In this document: positions 35,491-36,041 of the stretch, piece by piece | Numbering within the stretch: the first letter of the stretch is position 1 | Layout of the letters: every line of letters starts with the position of its first letter | NCBI RefSeq assembly: GCF_006345805.1 | Contig: NW_021828040.1 | Span: forward strand, 1-36,041 | Direction: 5' to 3' | Source of the DNA: Octopus sinensis | Lineage: Eukaryota | Length of the DNA: 36,041 nt | Made by a program: the position numbers and the translations under genes | Notes under the pieces: model-generated | Told to the model about the DNA's origin: nothing | What the model saw: the letters and a program-made list of their open reading frames with translations, nothing else | Database searches by the model: none

Positions 35491-36041
35491 ACACGACACA
35501 TCAAAACTGTACCAGTCAACCCTACGTCAACCACAGAACGCGTATTTTGAATTTGTGCAAAAAGTACAAAAGTGCATAACGCAAATATCTGAGCGAGAAA
35601 ACTAATACACGAAGAAGAGGGTGCCTACATTTGTATCCTACATGCATATTTTACAGCCTCGCACAGAGAGTAACTTGATGTTCTTTAAGAATACAGTAAA
35701 AGAAACATTAACATCGTCAAAAACAAGATCGGATACAGACACACTAGTTAAATTAAGAACATTCGTTTAAAAACCGAAAATGAATAGAAATTGAAATGCT
35801 ACAATAAAAGTAACGAGAATATATATATAATGGAGGAGGAAGTAACTCGGTATGCACTTACGAAGGAAATAAAATACAACTAGACTAAAGAAGGGAGAAG
35901 CGCTTTTCGATTCATGGAGAGGAAACTTTATGAATCCTTCCACCAGAGCAAGGTGAGTTTCCGGCTAGAATGTCTGAGGGGACGTCAATATTATTTAGAG
36001 GCAATATTCAACACGAAACCTAGGGTAACAGTGTGGACACT

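Noticed and set aside
35884-35958. Candidate exon ending at aag|gtgagt
   Set aside because: Good donor, but no polypyrimidine acceptor, an in-frame stop just upstream and no recognisable peptide.

Overview
Eukaryotic, AT-rich, microsatellite-saturated intergenic or intronic DNA. The tRNA-derived SINE families and repeat landscape look like an octopod cephalopod (Octopus-like); this assignment is from recall and was not searched. I can support no host protein-coding gene: nearly all listed ORFs are microsatellite translations. The window is a transposon graveyard. It holds three tRNA-SINE families (about 20 copies or fragments), an internally deleted DD41D Tc1/mariner element with intact TIRs, a decayed maT-like transposase, two RTE LINE fragments, a Penelope-like RT fragment, a CR1/L2-group LINE 3' end and an R4/Dong-like 3' end. 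The most interesting signals are: (1) an uncharacterised, non-coding, ~555-bp element found only inside (AAT)n tracts in fixed orientation, next to an R4/Dong-like 3' end that could be its mobiliser; (2) an RTE LINE with the exact geometry of a twin-priming 5' inversion; (3) a four-copy, microsatellite-tailed repeat with a hammerhead-ribozyme-like fold and a non-canonical core; (4) a SINE nested in a SINE with a clean target-site duplication. Family names come from motif recall, and coordinates were read by hand (within a few bp).
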